Below are positions 47,101-56,230 of a stretch of 64,000 nt of DNA, in pieces. Positions within the stretch are counted from its first letter, which is position 1. Each line of letters starts with the position of its first letter. The position numbers were made by a program, and so were the translations under genes. A model generated the notes under the pieces. It saw only the letters and a list, made by a program, of their open reading frames with translations. It did no database searches and had not been told where the DNA came from. Where the stretch lies: positions 64,001 through 128,000 of the forward strand of contig JBBILD010000001.1 in NCBI GenBank assembly GCA_037445065.1. Reading direction: 5' to 3'. Source of the stretch: Myxococcales bacterium (GTDB taxonomy: Bacteria > Desulfobacterota > Binatia > HRBIN30).

Positions 47101-47781
47101 TTAGTCTCGTCGTAGCTCGTCAATGCGATCCCTGTGTGCGACGAACACCCGATGAGCCAAGCCAAGAAACAAACCGGTGCCAACGACGCCTGGGATGGCG
47201 CGCAGTGCTTGTTCGACTTCGTATGGGTTCGCTAGCGGCGGGACCGCACAATCCAGAATGTGATTATACCCGTCGCTCAGAAACGGCCCATCACCGTGGC
47301 TCCGCAAGACTGGGTCGAAGCCGAGTGCCCGAATCCGTCGCCGGCAGAACCCGAGAGCGAAGGGCAGGACCTCCACCGGCAGGCGCCCGCGCTGTCCTAA
47401 CTGGGTAACGAGCTTTTCGGCGCCGACCAGAATGATCACTTCCCGTGAGGCCGAGGCGACAACCTTCTCACGCACAAGCGCGCCTCCGTAGCCCTTGATG
47501 AGGTTGAGCTGTGGGTCGACTTCATCCGCGCCGTCCACGGTAAGGTCAATCGCGTCCACCTCGTCCAGGCTGGTGAGCGGAAGCTTGAGCTGACGCGCTA
47601 GGGCAGCGGTTGCTTCGGACGTGGGTACACACCGCAACGTTTCCGTAAGGTGGTTGCATTCAGCCAAGGCACGGACAAAGGCGCTGGCTGCACGCCCAGT
47701 GCCTAAACCAATGGTCATCCCTGTACGCACGAAGCCGACTGCGCGGCGCGCCAGCAGATCGAGTTGGTCATTTTGCGACAT
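47101..47781 (-). CDS. rpiA: Ribose-5-phosphate isomerase A
   Basis: GLGTGR, VPTS, DGADEVD, IKGYGGALVREK, IPGVV. Start may be 47799. Confidence 0.93.
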   Translation of the reverse strand: MSQNDQLDLLARRAVGFVRTGMTIGLGTGRAASAFVRALAECNHLTETLRCVPTSEATAALARQLKLPLTSLDEVDAIDLTVDGADEVDPQLNLIKGYGGALVREKVVASASREVIILVGAEKLVTQLGQRGRLPVEVLPFALGFCRRRIRALGFDPVLRSHGDGPFLSDGYNHILDCAVPPLANPYEVEQALRAIPGVVGTGLFLGLAHRVFVAHRDRIDELRRD

Positions 47782-47795
47782 GTTTGCGCTGTTTG

Positions 47796-49007
47796 TCAAA
47801 TGATCCCTGCCTCCCGCAAGGCGCGCCGCTGATCCTCGTCGAGGCCAAGAAGGCCTCCATAGACCTCGTCGTTGTGTTCTCCTAAGCGCGGGGCACCGCT
47901 GCGGATCGCGCCCGGGCTTGCCGACAATCGCGGGTAGACACCTTGCATGCGGATGGGGCCTAGCACGGGGTCTTGGACAGTGACCAGGCTGCCTCGCGCG
48001 GCATAATGCGGGTCTGAAAAAATGTCTGCAATTGAGTAAATCCGCGAGACCGGGACTTGAGCTGCTACCAAGATTCGCTCGATTTCCCCGGCCGTGTGCT
48101 CACCGACCCACTGACCGACGATCCGGTGGATCTCGTCCGCGTGTTCGACTCTAGCGGACAGGGTGGCAAAACGCGGATCCTCGGACAATTCTGGCCTGCC
48201 CATTGCACCCGCTAAGCGGCGGAACAATTCGTCACCGGCGGCGACAATGCAGATATACTGGCCGTCTTTCGTGCGCCAATTATCGAGCGGCGCGGAATTG
48301 GGCAAGCAATTCCCGGTTCGTTCGCGCACCTCTCCCAGCCGGTCGTACGCTGCAGCAGTGTATTCGAGCACGCGAAACACAGCCTCGTATAAGGCGGCAT
48401 CAATGCATTGCCCAGGGCCTTGCCGGCAGTCGCGGTAATAAAGGGCGGTGACAATCGCGAACGCATTGAATACCCCAGTAAGGTAGTCCGCAATCAAGGT
48501 TCCCGGCCGCACCGGGGGGCGGTCCGGGAAGCCGGTAAGGTACAGGAGGCCGCCAAAGGCAATTGCAATGCGGTCGAGACCTGGTCTGGGGGCGTAAGGC
48601 CCATGCTGCCCGTACACGGAAACCCGTGCCAGGATCAAGCGAGGGTTGATTTGTCGTAACGTGTCGAAGTCGAGGTTCCACGACTCGAGGGTGCCGGGCT
48701 GAAAGTTTTCGACAACGACGTCGGCGTGCGGAACTAATTGGCGGAACAATTCTTGCCCTTCAGGCCGGCGAAGGTCCAGCGTGATGGACTTCTTGCCGCG
48801 ATTCTCCACCGCCCACCAGAGAGAGTAACCACGTTCGAACGGGCCAATATGCCGCAAAAAATCACCACGGTCGGGGAGTTCGACTTTGATGACTTCCGCA
48901 CCGAAGTCGGCGAGGAGGGTGGCGGCAAAGGGTGCGGCAATTCGGGTCCCGAGGTCCAAGATGCGGACGCCAGAAAGGGGACCTGGATTTTGTTCCCTCG
49001 CTTGCAT
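47796..49007 (-). CDS. Family III CoA transferase (CaiB/BaiF)
   Basis: LADFGAEVIKVE, NRGKKSITLDL, ADVVVENF, APRLGEHN. Confidence 0.95.
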   Translation of the reverse strand: MQAREQNPGPLSGVRILDLGTRIAAPFAATLLADFGAEVIKVELPDRGDFLRHIGPFERGYSLWWAVENRGKKSITLDLRRPEGQELFRQLVPHADVVVENFQPGTLESWNLDFDTLRQINPRLILARVSVYGQHGPYAPRPGLDRIAIAFGGLLYLTGFPDRPPVRPGTLIADYLTGVFNAFAIVTALYYRDCRQGPGQCIDAALYEAVFRVLEYTAAAYDRLGEVRERTGNCLPNSAPLDNWRTKDGQYICIVAAGDELFRRLAGAMGRPELSEDPRFATLSARVEHADEIHRIVGQWVGEHTAGEIERILVAAQVPVSRIYSIADIFSDPHYAARGSLVTVQDPVLGPIRMQGVYPRLSASPGAIRSGAPRLGEHNDEVYGGLLGLDEDQRRALREAGII

Positions 49008-49057
49008 GCCGCGTTACTGGCGCGAAGCGTGCGGCGCTGCAAGCCTGCCACCGCTCC

Positions 49058-49087
49058 TTGCGCTGGCCTCCAAGCGCGCCTTAGAAT
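49058..49087 (+). promoter_or_regulatory. Candidate sigma-70 promoter giving a very short leader for the sensor kinase
   Basis: TTGCGC (49058-49063), 18 nt, TAGAAT (49082-49087). ATG at 49097 has no SD. Confidence 0.35.
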
Positions 49088-49096
49088 CGCGGTTCG

Positions 49097-51322
49097 ATGA
49101 CGGCGGACCCGCAGTCGCCTGCCTTCGAGAGCGAGCTTTCGGATGACGAGCGCCGTCGCAGGCGGCGTGAGGCGTGGCTCATCCTGATCGGTCTCTTGCT
49201 CTTTGTTGTGCTGACCTGGCTGACGGTGGCGCGGGCGCCGGAAGGGGGAGTTTTCGGCAACAGCACGTTTTCCTTCCTCCTCATCAATGTCAACCTGCTA
49301 CTGCTGATTCTCCTTGTCTTCCTGGTGACTCGGAACTTGGTCAAACTCGTGGCGGAACGGCGGCGTGGAATTTTTGGGTCGCGCCTGCGCAGCCGCTTAG
49401 TGGCCGCGTTCCTGCTGATCACCCTGGGACCGAGTGTCCTCTTGTTCTTCGTGGCCCAAGGATTCTTGCAGGCCGTTTTCACTAGTTGGTTCAACGTTCG
49501 CGTAGAGTCCGCGCTTCGCAACTCGGTGCAGGTGTCTCAGAGTTACTACCAGTTCGCTGCGAATGGTGCGATTCACTTCGCTCGCGAACTGGCACGTGGA
49601 TTGGGCGAACGCTGGTTACTGGAGTCGCGCGGGACCGAGATTGCTGGTTGGCTGGAAAGTAAACGAGCGGAGTACGGACTTGCGATGGTGGGGCTTTGGA
49701 ACCAAGGGGGGAGCCCGCTGGCGATGGCGCGAGAGAAACAGATGCACAACGCTCCACTGGCAGATCCAGCCGCGATTCGGGAGGCTCTGGCCGGTGGAGA
49801 AGCGGCCGACACGATGCGCTGGGGGAGGTCGGACGTGGTTTGGGTAGCCGTTCCGGTTCGCGACCCCGGAGGAGCGGTGGTTGCGGCTTTGGGAGTGGCA
49901 TACTGGGTGCCGCGCAGCGTGAGCGAATTGACGCGGGCAATCGCCCGTTCATACGCGGAGTACCGACAGTTGGAGATTTTGCGCCAGCCGATCAAAAACA
50001 GTTACATACTCACACTGGCACTCATTACGTTGGTGCTGATTTTTTCCGGAACCTGGTTCGGGATCCGGCAGGCGCGAAGAATCTCGAAGCCGTTGCTGGA
50101 ACTCGCCGCTGGAACTCGCGAGGTGGCACGGGGGAATTGGAGTTACCGGATCGAACCCCCGGGCGATCACGAGATTGCCTTGCTTGTCGAAGCGTTCAAT
50201 CAAATGACGGCGGAGCTGGAGCAAACGAACCGGGAACTCGTGCAGCGCCGAACGTACGTGGAAAACCTCCTGGCGAACATTGGAGCAGGAGTGCTGTCGT
50301 TGGATTCCACCGGCGTGGTGACCACGGTCAACCCAGCGGCCGAGCGCTTGCTCGGAGTCGCAGCCAGCAGCGCACTGGGTAAGCATTGGGGTGCAGTGTT
50401 TGCTGGCAGCGGCTGGAGCAAGCTCCAGGAGATGGTGGCTGAGGCAACCGTAGAACCTAGGAGAGAAATCCAGCGACAGATGCAGCTGACCTCGTCGGGA
50501 GAGGGTCGGGTTGTGCTGGTCACAGCAACGCCTCTGGGGGAAGGAACGCAGGGTAGGCAAGGTCTGATGCTGTTTTTTGAGGATGTTACCCACCTCATGC
50601 GGGTACAGCGGATGGAGGCTTGGCGTGAGGTTGCGCGCCGCCTTGCACACGAAATCAAGAACCCGCTGACCCCGATTCAACTGTCCGCGCAACGGTTGGA
50701 GAAGCGGCTGCTGCCGCTCCTTTCACCCGAGGACCGCGCGATCGTCGAAGAGTGCACGGAAACGATTGTCCAGGAGGTTGAGCACCTGAAACGACTGGTT
50801 ACGGAGTTCTCTCGGTTTGCGCGCTTGCCTGCAGTGCAGTTGGTGCCGAGCGACGTCAACGCATTGGTGGAAGACACGGTGCGTATGTTCCGCAGTGGAC
50901 AGCCGAAGCTCGAGGTGCGTTTTTACCCAGGCTCGGGACTGCCACTGGTTGAGCTCGACCGCGACGCGATTAAGCGCGCGCTGTGGAATCTGCTCGATAA
51001 CGCTGCCGCGGCAGTGGCGGAGGAAGCATCGCCCCGGGTTGAGGTGCGCACGGAATACCATCCCGACGCGGGCGCGGTTCGCATCGAGGTGGCCGACAAT
51101 GGTTGTGGTATCCCCCGCGATGCGAAGGCGCGGTTGTTCGAGCCTTACTTTTCGACCAAGCCGGAAGGCACCGGGCTGGGACTTGCCATCGTGGCCTCGA
51201 TCGCGGCGGAGCATCAGGCTTACGTGCACGTGACGGATAATCTTCCGAAGGGGGCGCGCTTTGTACTCGAATTTCCATTGCGATCCTTGAAAGCGCTGCG
51301 TCCTTCGGCTGTAGGAGCGTAG
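49097..51322 (+). CDS. ntrY: NtrY-family sensor histidine kinase (TM-periplasmic-HAMP-PAS-HisKA-HATPase)
   Basis: GSRLRSRLV, WFNVRVE, HAMP (DHEIALLVEAFNQM), PAS, AWREVARRLAHEIKNPLTPIQLSAQRL, GTGLGL. Confidence 0.85.
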   Translation: MTADPQSPAFESELSDDERRRRRREAWLILIGLLLFVVLTWLTVARAPEGGVFGNSTFSFLLINVNLLLLILLVFLVTRNLVKLVAERRRGIFGSRLRSRLVAAFLLITLGPSVLLFFVAQGFLQAVFTSWFNVRVESALRNSVQVSQSYYQFAANGAIHFARELARGLGERWLLESRGTEIAGWLESKRAEYGLAMVGLWNQGGSPLAMAREKQMHNAPLADPAAIREALAGGEAADTMRWGRSDVVWVAVPVRDPGGAVVAALGVAYWVPRSVSELTRAIARSYAEYRQLEILRQPIKNSYILTLALITLVLIFSGTWFGIRQARRISKPLLELAAGTREVARGNWSYRIEPPGDHEIALLVEAFNQMTAELEQTNRELVQRRTYVENLLANIGAGVLSLDSTGVVTTVNPAAERLLGVAASSALGKHWGAVFAGSGWSKLQEMVAEATVEPRREIQRQMQLTSSGEGRVVLVTATPLGEGTQGRQGLMLFFEDVTHLMRVQRMEAWREVARRLAHEIKNPLTPIQLSAQRLEKRLLPLLSPEDRAIVEECTETIVQEVEHLKRLVTEFSRFARLPAVQLVPSDVNALVEDTVRMFRSGQPKLEVRFYPGSGLPLVELDRDAIKRALWNLLDNAAAAVAEEASPRVEVRTEYHPDAGAVRIEVADNGCGIPRDAKARLFEPYFSTKPEGTGLGLAIVASIAAEHQAYVHVTDNLPKGARFVLEFPLRSLKALRPSAVGA

Positions 51323-51450
51323 CCTTGGTGTTCTGGGTGAGTAAGAAAGGTGGGGCTACCGCTTGGGCGTTACGCTGCGAACCTTCGCTCGCCTGAGATT
51401 CCGGTGGCAGCAGCCGGAACCAGGTGCGAAAGTCGGTGGGAGGAGGAGCC

Positions 51451-52728
51451 GTGACAACAGTTTTGGTTGTGGATGACGAAGCTCACATCCGTTCCTCGCT
51501 GCGTGGAATTTTGTCGGAAGAAGGCATGCACGTGGTGGAGGCGGCGAACGGGCGAGAAGCCCTGGCTTTGCTCGAACAATGTAGGCCTGACCTGGTCGTG
51601 CTCGACGTCTGGATGCCCGAGGTAGATGGTCTAGAGTTCTTGCGCGCCATCCAGAACCGGGCCCAGGCGCCCGCGGTCTTGATGATTTCCGGCCATGGCA
51701 ACATCGAGACCGCGGTCAAAGCCACACAACTGGGAGCCGTAGATTTTATCGAAAAGCCATTCTCGCTTGCGGGATTCCTGGGTGCGGTTGAACGCGCCCT
51801 GCGCCGCCAGCAGGTTCAAAACCAGCAGGATCCCCACCCTGCCTCCCCGCTCCCTACGAGTAGCCGCTCGGTGGAGGGGGTTGCTCCGCAAGTCCGTGGG
51901 CGTTTTCGGCAACGGACGGTTGCGCGGAGCATGGTCGATACCGGAACGGGTTTGCATAGCGGAGTAAAAACAGGACTGATCTTACAGCCCATGCCGCCAG
52001 GTTCGGGGATCGTGTTCTCGAACCTTTCCGCCGAGACGCCCGTACCCGCTCATTTGGACTTCGTGGACTCCACAGGCTACGCCACCACATTGCATCGCGC
52101 CGGGGTGACCATCCGTACGGTCGAGCACTTACTGGCCGCGCTCCATGCGTACCGAGTCACGAACTTGTTCGTGAAAGTCCAAGGGGAAGTCCCGATTATG
52201 GACGGTTCTGCGCAGCGTTGGTGCGAGCTGATCGAGAGCGCTGGGGTGGAGGAGCAGGACGCTTGGGCCGAGGAATACGCGGTGCGCGAGGTCGTGGAGA
52301 TAAGGCGCAGCGAGGAGGAGTGGATTCGGATCGAGCCCTTCGACAGACTCGCAGTGACGTACGTGCTCGAATATCCGCCACCCGTGGGCAGGCAAGAGTA
52401 TTCCTTTGTGTTGCAGGACCCGCACAGTTTCCGGGAGCAGATTGCACCCGCGCGCACGTTCGGATTCGTGAAGGACATGAAGCTCTTAGCCTCGATGGGC
52501 TTAGCGTCCGGCGGCCGCTTAGATAACTGCATTCTGATCGACGACGAAAAAATCGTGAACACCACCTTGCGGTTCCCTGAAGAACTCGCTCGCCACAAGA
52601 TCCTCGACATCTGTGGCGACATGTATTTGCTGGGCCGGCCGCTGCGCGGGAAGATCACTGCGAAAAGAACCGGTCACTCCGAAAACATCGCCTTACTTCG
52701 CAAGCTTCGCAGTCAGTTCGAGGGGTGA
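51451..52728 (+). CDS. lpxC: Response-regulator receiver domain fused to UDP-3-O-acyl-N-acetylglucosamine deacetylase
   Basis: REC: VVDDE, LDVWMP, ISGHG, EKPF. LpxC: QRT..GTGLHSG, TVEHLLAAL, EVPIMDGSA, APARTFGF, HKILD, GHSEN. AGGAGGAG before GTG 51451. Confidence 0.93.
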   Translation: MTTVLVVDDEAHIRSSLRGILSEEGMHVVEAANGREALALLEQCRPDLVVLDVWMPEVDGLEFLRAIQNRAQAPAVLMISGHGNIETAVKATQLGAVDFIEKPFSLAGFLGAVERALRRQQVQNQQDPHPASPLPTSSRSVEGVAPQVRGRFRQRTVARSMVDTGTGLHSGVKTGLILQPMPPGSGIVFSNLSAETPVPAHLDFVDSTGYATTLHRAGVTIRTVEHLLAALHAYRVTNLFVKVQGEVPIMDGSAQRWCELIESAGVEEQDAWAEEYAVREVVEIRRSEEEWIRIEPFDRLAVTYVLEYPPPVGRQEYSFVLQDPHSFREQIAPARTFGFVKDMKLLASMGLASGGRLDNCILIDDEKIVNTTLRFPEELARHKILDICGDMYLLGRPLRGKITAKRTGHSENIALLRKLRSQFEG

Positions 52729-52861
52729 GACAGGCGCTGGCCCCCCCTGTGCCGCCAGCGACAATGCATTCGTGTTCAGCAGCGAACGCTTCCCCTGCGA
52801 GGAGACACGCCGCCGGCCTGAACCAGACGCGAAAGGCGGGCGCGGAGAAGACTCGCGTGCT

Positions 52862-54013
52862 TCAACGTTGCACCACCGTGGCAGCAAGGCGATGACTGCG
52901 CCGGATTTCCCGGGCAACCCGCTGTGCTTGTTTGGGGCTCGGGAAATCTCCTACCGTCACCCGATACACGGCCTGGCGCTTGGATCGGCCCTGTTCGATT
53001 TTGGCGGGGTAGCCGGAGCGGTCGAGCGATTTTTGTACCCGCTCTGCGAGCGCATAGTCCCGAAAGTTGCCCAGACGCACTGCGTAGGCCGAGCGTTTCT
53101 GTGCGCTTCCCTGCCCTACTTCGTCACCCCCGCCGCGTGTGGTCTCGCCGCTCCCTGCCACTTGCAGAGTTTCAGGAAATACCTCCGGCCACGATTCACC
53201 TTCCAATGCTGCGGCCAGCAGGCGTTTGATATCCCCCCATAGATCAGTGGAGCCGAGCACTGCAAAACTGACGCTCCGCTCACCCGCCCAAGCTGCGCCG
53301 ACGAAGCAGCGTTTTGCCGCCCGAGTCCACCCTGTTTTGCCCACAACTCGAAGGTGGTAGTCGCCGAGCAAGCGATTGTGATTGCGAAGCGCAATGCGTC
53401 GCATTGAGCCTGACGTCGGCCGGATCTCTCCCGTACGCGTGCTCACGATTGCTTCGAACAAAGGATGGCGGAGTGCATACCGGAAAATGACGGCCAAGTC
53501 CCGCGCACTCGATACGTGCCGATCATCGGGCAACCCGTGAGGATTGACAAAGTGTGTGTTTCGCGCCCCCAATTTCCAGGCCAGCGCATTCATCCGTTCC
53601 GCGAAGGAAGCAACCGAGCCTGCCAACCCCTCGGCAATGACCACACTGGCGTCATTGGCCGAATTGAGCAGCACCGCGTAGACAAGATCCGCAAGCCGCA
53701 GGGTCATTCCCGGTTTGAGCCCCAGCTTTGAAGCCGGGGTCGCCGCAGCTTCTTTGGAAACCGGAAAGGACTCCTGCATACGTCCGCTCTGGATTGCCAG
53801 CAGGGCAGTGACCACTTTCGTTGTGCTGGCGGGGGGTAGGGGCGTATCCGGCTCGTGTGCCCACAACACGGACCCGGTTGCGTTGTCCAGCACGATTGCG
53901 GCACGAGCCGTGAGCAGGCGGGGTGAGTTCCCTCCGTTCGCGGCTTCGACACCGGACGCACCCCACCCCGCAGCCCAAAACGCGATGACCGCCAAAAAAC
54001 GCCATGTCCGCAC
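52862..54013 (-). CDS. D-alanyl-D-alanine carboxypeptidase (peptidase S11) with C-terminal SPOR domain
   Basis: ASTTK (SxxK), SAND (SxN), NPHGL, KTG. C-terminal YAVRLGNF...YRVTVG. Confidence 0.9.
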   Translation of the reverse strand: MRTWRFLAVIAFWAAGWGASGVEAANGGNSPRLLTARAAIVLDNATGSVLWAHEPDTPLPPASTTKVVTALLAIQSGRMQESFPVSKEAAATPASKLGLKPGMTLRLADLVYAVLLNSANDASVVIAEGLAGSVASFAERMNALAWKLGARNTHFVNPHGLPDDRHVSSARDLAVIFRYALRHPLFEAIVSTRTGEIRPTSGSMRRIALRNHNRLLGDYHLRVVGKTGWTRAAKRCFVGAAWAGERSVSFAVLGSTDLWGDIKRLLAAALEGESWPEVFPETLQVAGSGETTRGGGDEVGQGSAQKRSAYAVRLGNFRDYALAERVQKSLDRSGYPAKIEQGRSKRQAVYRVTVGDFPSPKQAQRVAREIRRSHRLAATVVQR

Positions 54014-54115
54014 CTGCACCACCTCCTCAGCCGCGAGTTTCCTCCAACCCAACACACAGCATGCGCCAAGACACCCAGCGCTGTCAACGGAAAGTCAACA
54101 GGCGAATTCCTCCAG

Positions 54116-55219
54116 CTATTGAGCCCGCAGGTCTTCGTCAAGCCACGGCGCCGCTGGTGCAGCGTGTGTCAGCACCGAGCGGAACAGAAACACACTGAGA
54201 ATGAGAGGCAGCACGTAGTACGCGACACGAAAAATCAGTACTGCAATGACCGCGACCTCGAATGGCACGCCCAATCCGGCAAAGATGGCGGCCATTGAGC
54301 CTTCCATGATTCCCAGACCACCCGGAATAAACGACACCAAGGACAAGACAATCCCAACTGCGAAGCCAACAATCACGAAACTGAAGGGTAAAGGATAACC
54401 CACGGCCAGAAACGCCGTGTGCAGGATGAGCAGAGTTGCCACCCAGTCTACCGCGATCCAGAAAATCGGCCCCAGCATGTGGGTCTTCCGTTCCATCAAG
54501 AACTCGATGCCGCGGTCTAGATTTCTTTGAAAACGCCAGATCCGAACACGCCGGAGTTTGAGCCGGGGGGCTACCCGGTGCACTAGCCAGTGCCCTACCT
54601 CGGCGAGCAAAAACAAGGTGCGCCGGCGCACGCGGCGGTGAATGAGTAAGAAAACGGCAATCAGGGACGCGATGGTGAAAACCGCGGTAAGCACGGCGCT
54701 GGTGATGAGTGTGAGGCCAGTGAGTTCGTGGGTTTTGAGCAGGTAGAAAAACCCGGCAAGCACGAACAGCAGCAACATCAGGTTGGTGATGAACGTTTGC
54801 ACCAAGGAAATCGTCACGGCTCGCCCAGACGGCACCTTGAGCCGCAGAAAGAAGTACATCCGCACGGCAAAACCGCTGAGCCCTCCACTCGTGATCAAGT
54901 GGTTGATGGTGTTTGCGACGAAGGTCACCTTGAGCATGTCCCAGAACGGGACCCAGTACCCGGCAGCGCGCGCAATGTCTTGATAGGACCGGGCCATCGC
55001 CACATAACTCGCCATGGAGCACAGCACGGGTAAAAGCAGGCGGGAGGGGTGCACCTTTTGCGTCGTGCGCCAAAGCTCGCGTGCATCGGAAAACGCAAAA
55101 AGAGCCACCAAAGCCGCGAGGCCGAAAACCAGCAGCCAGGAAAGCCACTGTGGCCGCCGCAATAGGCGCTGGGCGAGAGGATCCGCCGCCGCAACCTCGG
55201 CATTGGAGTTTTTTGCCAT
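54116..55219 (-). CDS. Flippase-like membrane protein (lysylphosphatidylglycerol synthase TM family)
   Basis: Multiple TM helices, IPGGLGIMEG and AVLIFR motifs. Confidence 0.85.
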   Translation of the reverse strand: MAKNSNAEVAAADPLAQRLLRRPQWLSWLLVFGLAALVALFAFSDARELWRTTQKVHPSRLLLPVLCSMASYVAMARSYQDIARAAGYWVPFWDMLKVTFVANTINHLITSGGLSGFAVRMYFFLRLKVPSGRAVTISLVQTFITNLMLLLFVLAGFFYLLKTHELTGLTLITSAVLTAVFTIASLIAVFLLIHRRVRRRTLFLLAEVGHWLVHRVAPRLKLRRVRIWRFQRNLDRGIEFLMERKTHMLGPIFWIAVDWVATLLILHTAFLAVGYPLPFSFVIVGFAVGIVLSLVSFIPGGLGIMEGSMAAIFAGLGVPFEVAVIAVLIFRVAYYVLPLILSVFLFRSVLTHAAPAAPWLDEDLRAQ

Positions 55220-55339
55220 CGTGCCAACGCGTGAAAGAAGCAGCGAATTACTTTTGCTGCGAGGAGAGGTCAAGGATGCTCGAACTTGTGGGCTTGCCAG
55301 CGAGTCGCTAAGCAGGGGCGTACTCTCGTTGGCGCGCCT

Positions 55340-55639
55340 ATGTTTGTGATCGCGAACTTACTTGTGGCTCTGGCGCGTGTTCTAGACCTCCTGCTCCACA
55401 TCTACAGTTTGATCCTGATTGTCCGTGTCATTGTGTCTTGGGTCAATGCTGACCCGTACAATCCGCTCGTGCGCTTCTTGTACCAGGCCACCGAGCCGTT
55501 GCTGTACCGGGTCCGACGTGCTCTGCCGGTTGTGTACGCGGGGATCGACTTTTCCCCCCTCGTGGTACTGATCGCGATTTTTTTCTTGCAGGGGTTTTTA
55601 GTGACTACGTTGCAAGACATCGCAGCGTCTCTGCGGTGA
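55340..55639 (+). CDS. yggT: YggT-family membrane protein
   Basis: SWVNADPYNPLVRFLYQATEP, IDFSPLV. Confidence 0.88.
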   Translation: MFVIANLLVALARVLDLLLHIYSLILIVRVIVSWVNADPYNPLVRFLYQATEPLLYRVRRALPVVYAGIDFSPLVVLIAIFFLQGFLVTTLQDIAASLR

Positions 55640-55718
55640 GGCTCGCGTTGACAAGGATGGGGCCAGTGATTATCGCGCTTGCCGCGTTTCATCTAGCTGT
55701 TGATGCAGGAGGGATCCG

Positions 55719-56015
55719 GTGCCGATTTACGAATACATGTGTGAAACCTGTGGTGAGTTCGAAGTGACCCAGCGCATCACCGATCCTCCGCTCAAACGGT
55801 GCCCGACTTGTCGGAGTAAAGTGCGCAAGCTGATCTCGGCTAGCTCTTTCCAACTGAAAGGATCTGGTTGGTACCTGACCGATTACGCCCGCAGTGGCAG
55901 TGGGAAGTCGGCAGGTGGAGAGGAGAAGTCGGGGAGCGCCGCAACGGCTGGCGAGGTGAAGACGGAAGCAAAGGCGGGAGGAAAGGGATCGGCTGCGGCG
56001 TCCACAGGTTCCTGA
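55719..56015 (+). CDS. FmdB-family zinc-ribbon protein
   Basis: PIYEYMCETCG, CPTC, FQLKGSGWY.TDY. GGAGG RBS. Confidence 0.9.
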   Translation: MPIYEYMCETCGEFEVTQRITDPPLKRCPTCRSKVRKLISASSFQLKGSGWYLTDYARSGSGKSAGGEEKSGSAATAGEVKTEAKAGGKGSAAASTGS

Positions 56016-56230
56016 CAGCCACGGCCTAGGGCCCTCAGCGAGCCCGTGCCACGAGCACCAGTCTCGGCGATAGAATTTCCCGCCTTCTGGCGGAGTGCGC
56101 TCTTCGCGCAGAAGTTCTGCCGAACGGCAACGTGCGATGCCTATGCCTGAGCAGCGCACGTTGCGAAAAGATCAGGTCGTTGGCGCCTGGTCCAGGGCGG
56201 GCACAGGAGCTTGGGCGCTATAGAGCCGCA

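Noticed and set aside
49018..49033. TGGCGC-N5-GTGCG as a sigma-54 promoter for ntrY
   Set aside because: Several mismatches to consensus in GC-rich sequence; a sigma-70-like alternative fits as well, so it is not supportable.
56127..56164. 10-bp inverted repeat between convergent fmdB-like and rpoD-like genes as an intrinsic terminator
   Set aside because: No U-tract follows the stem on either strand; function cannot be supported.
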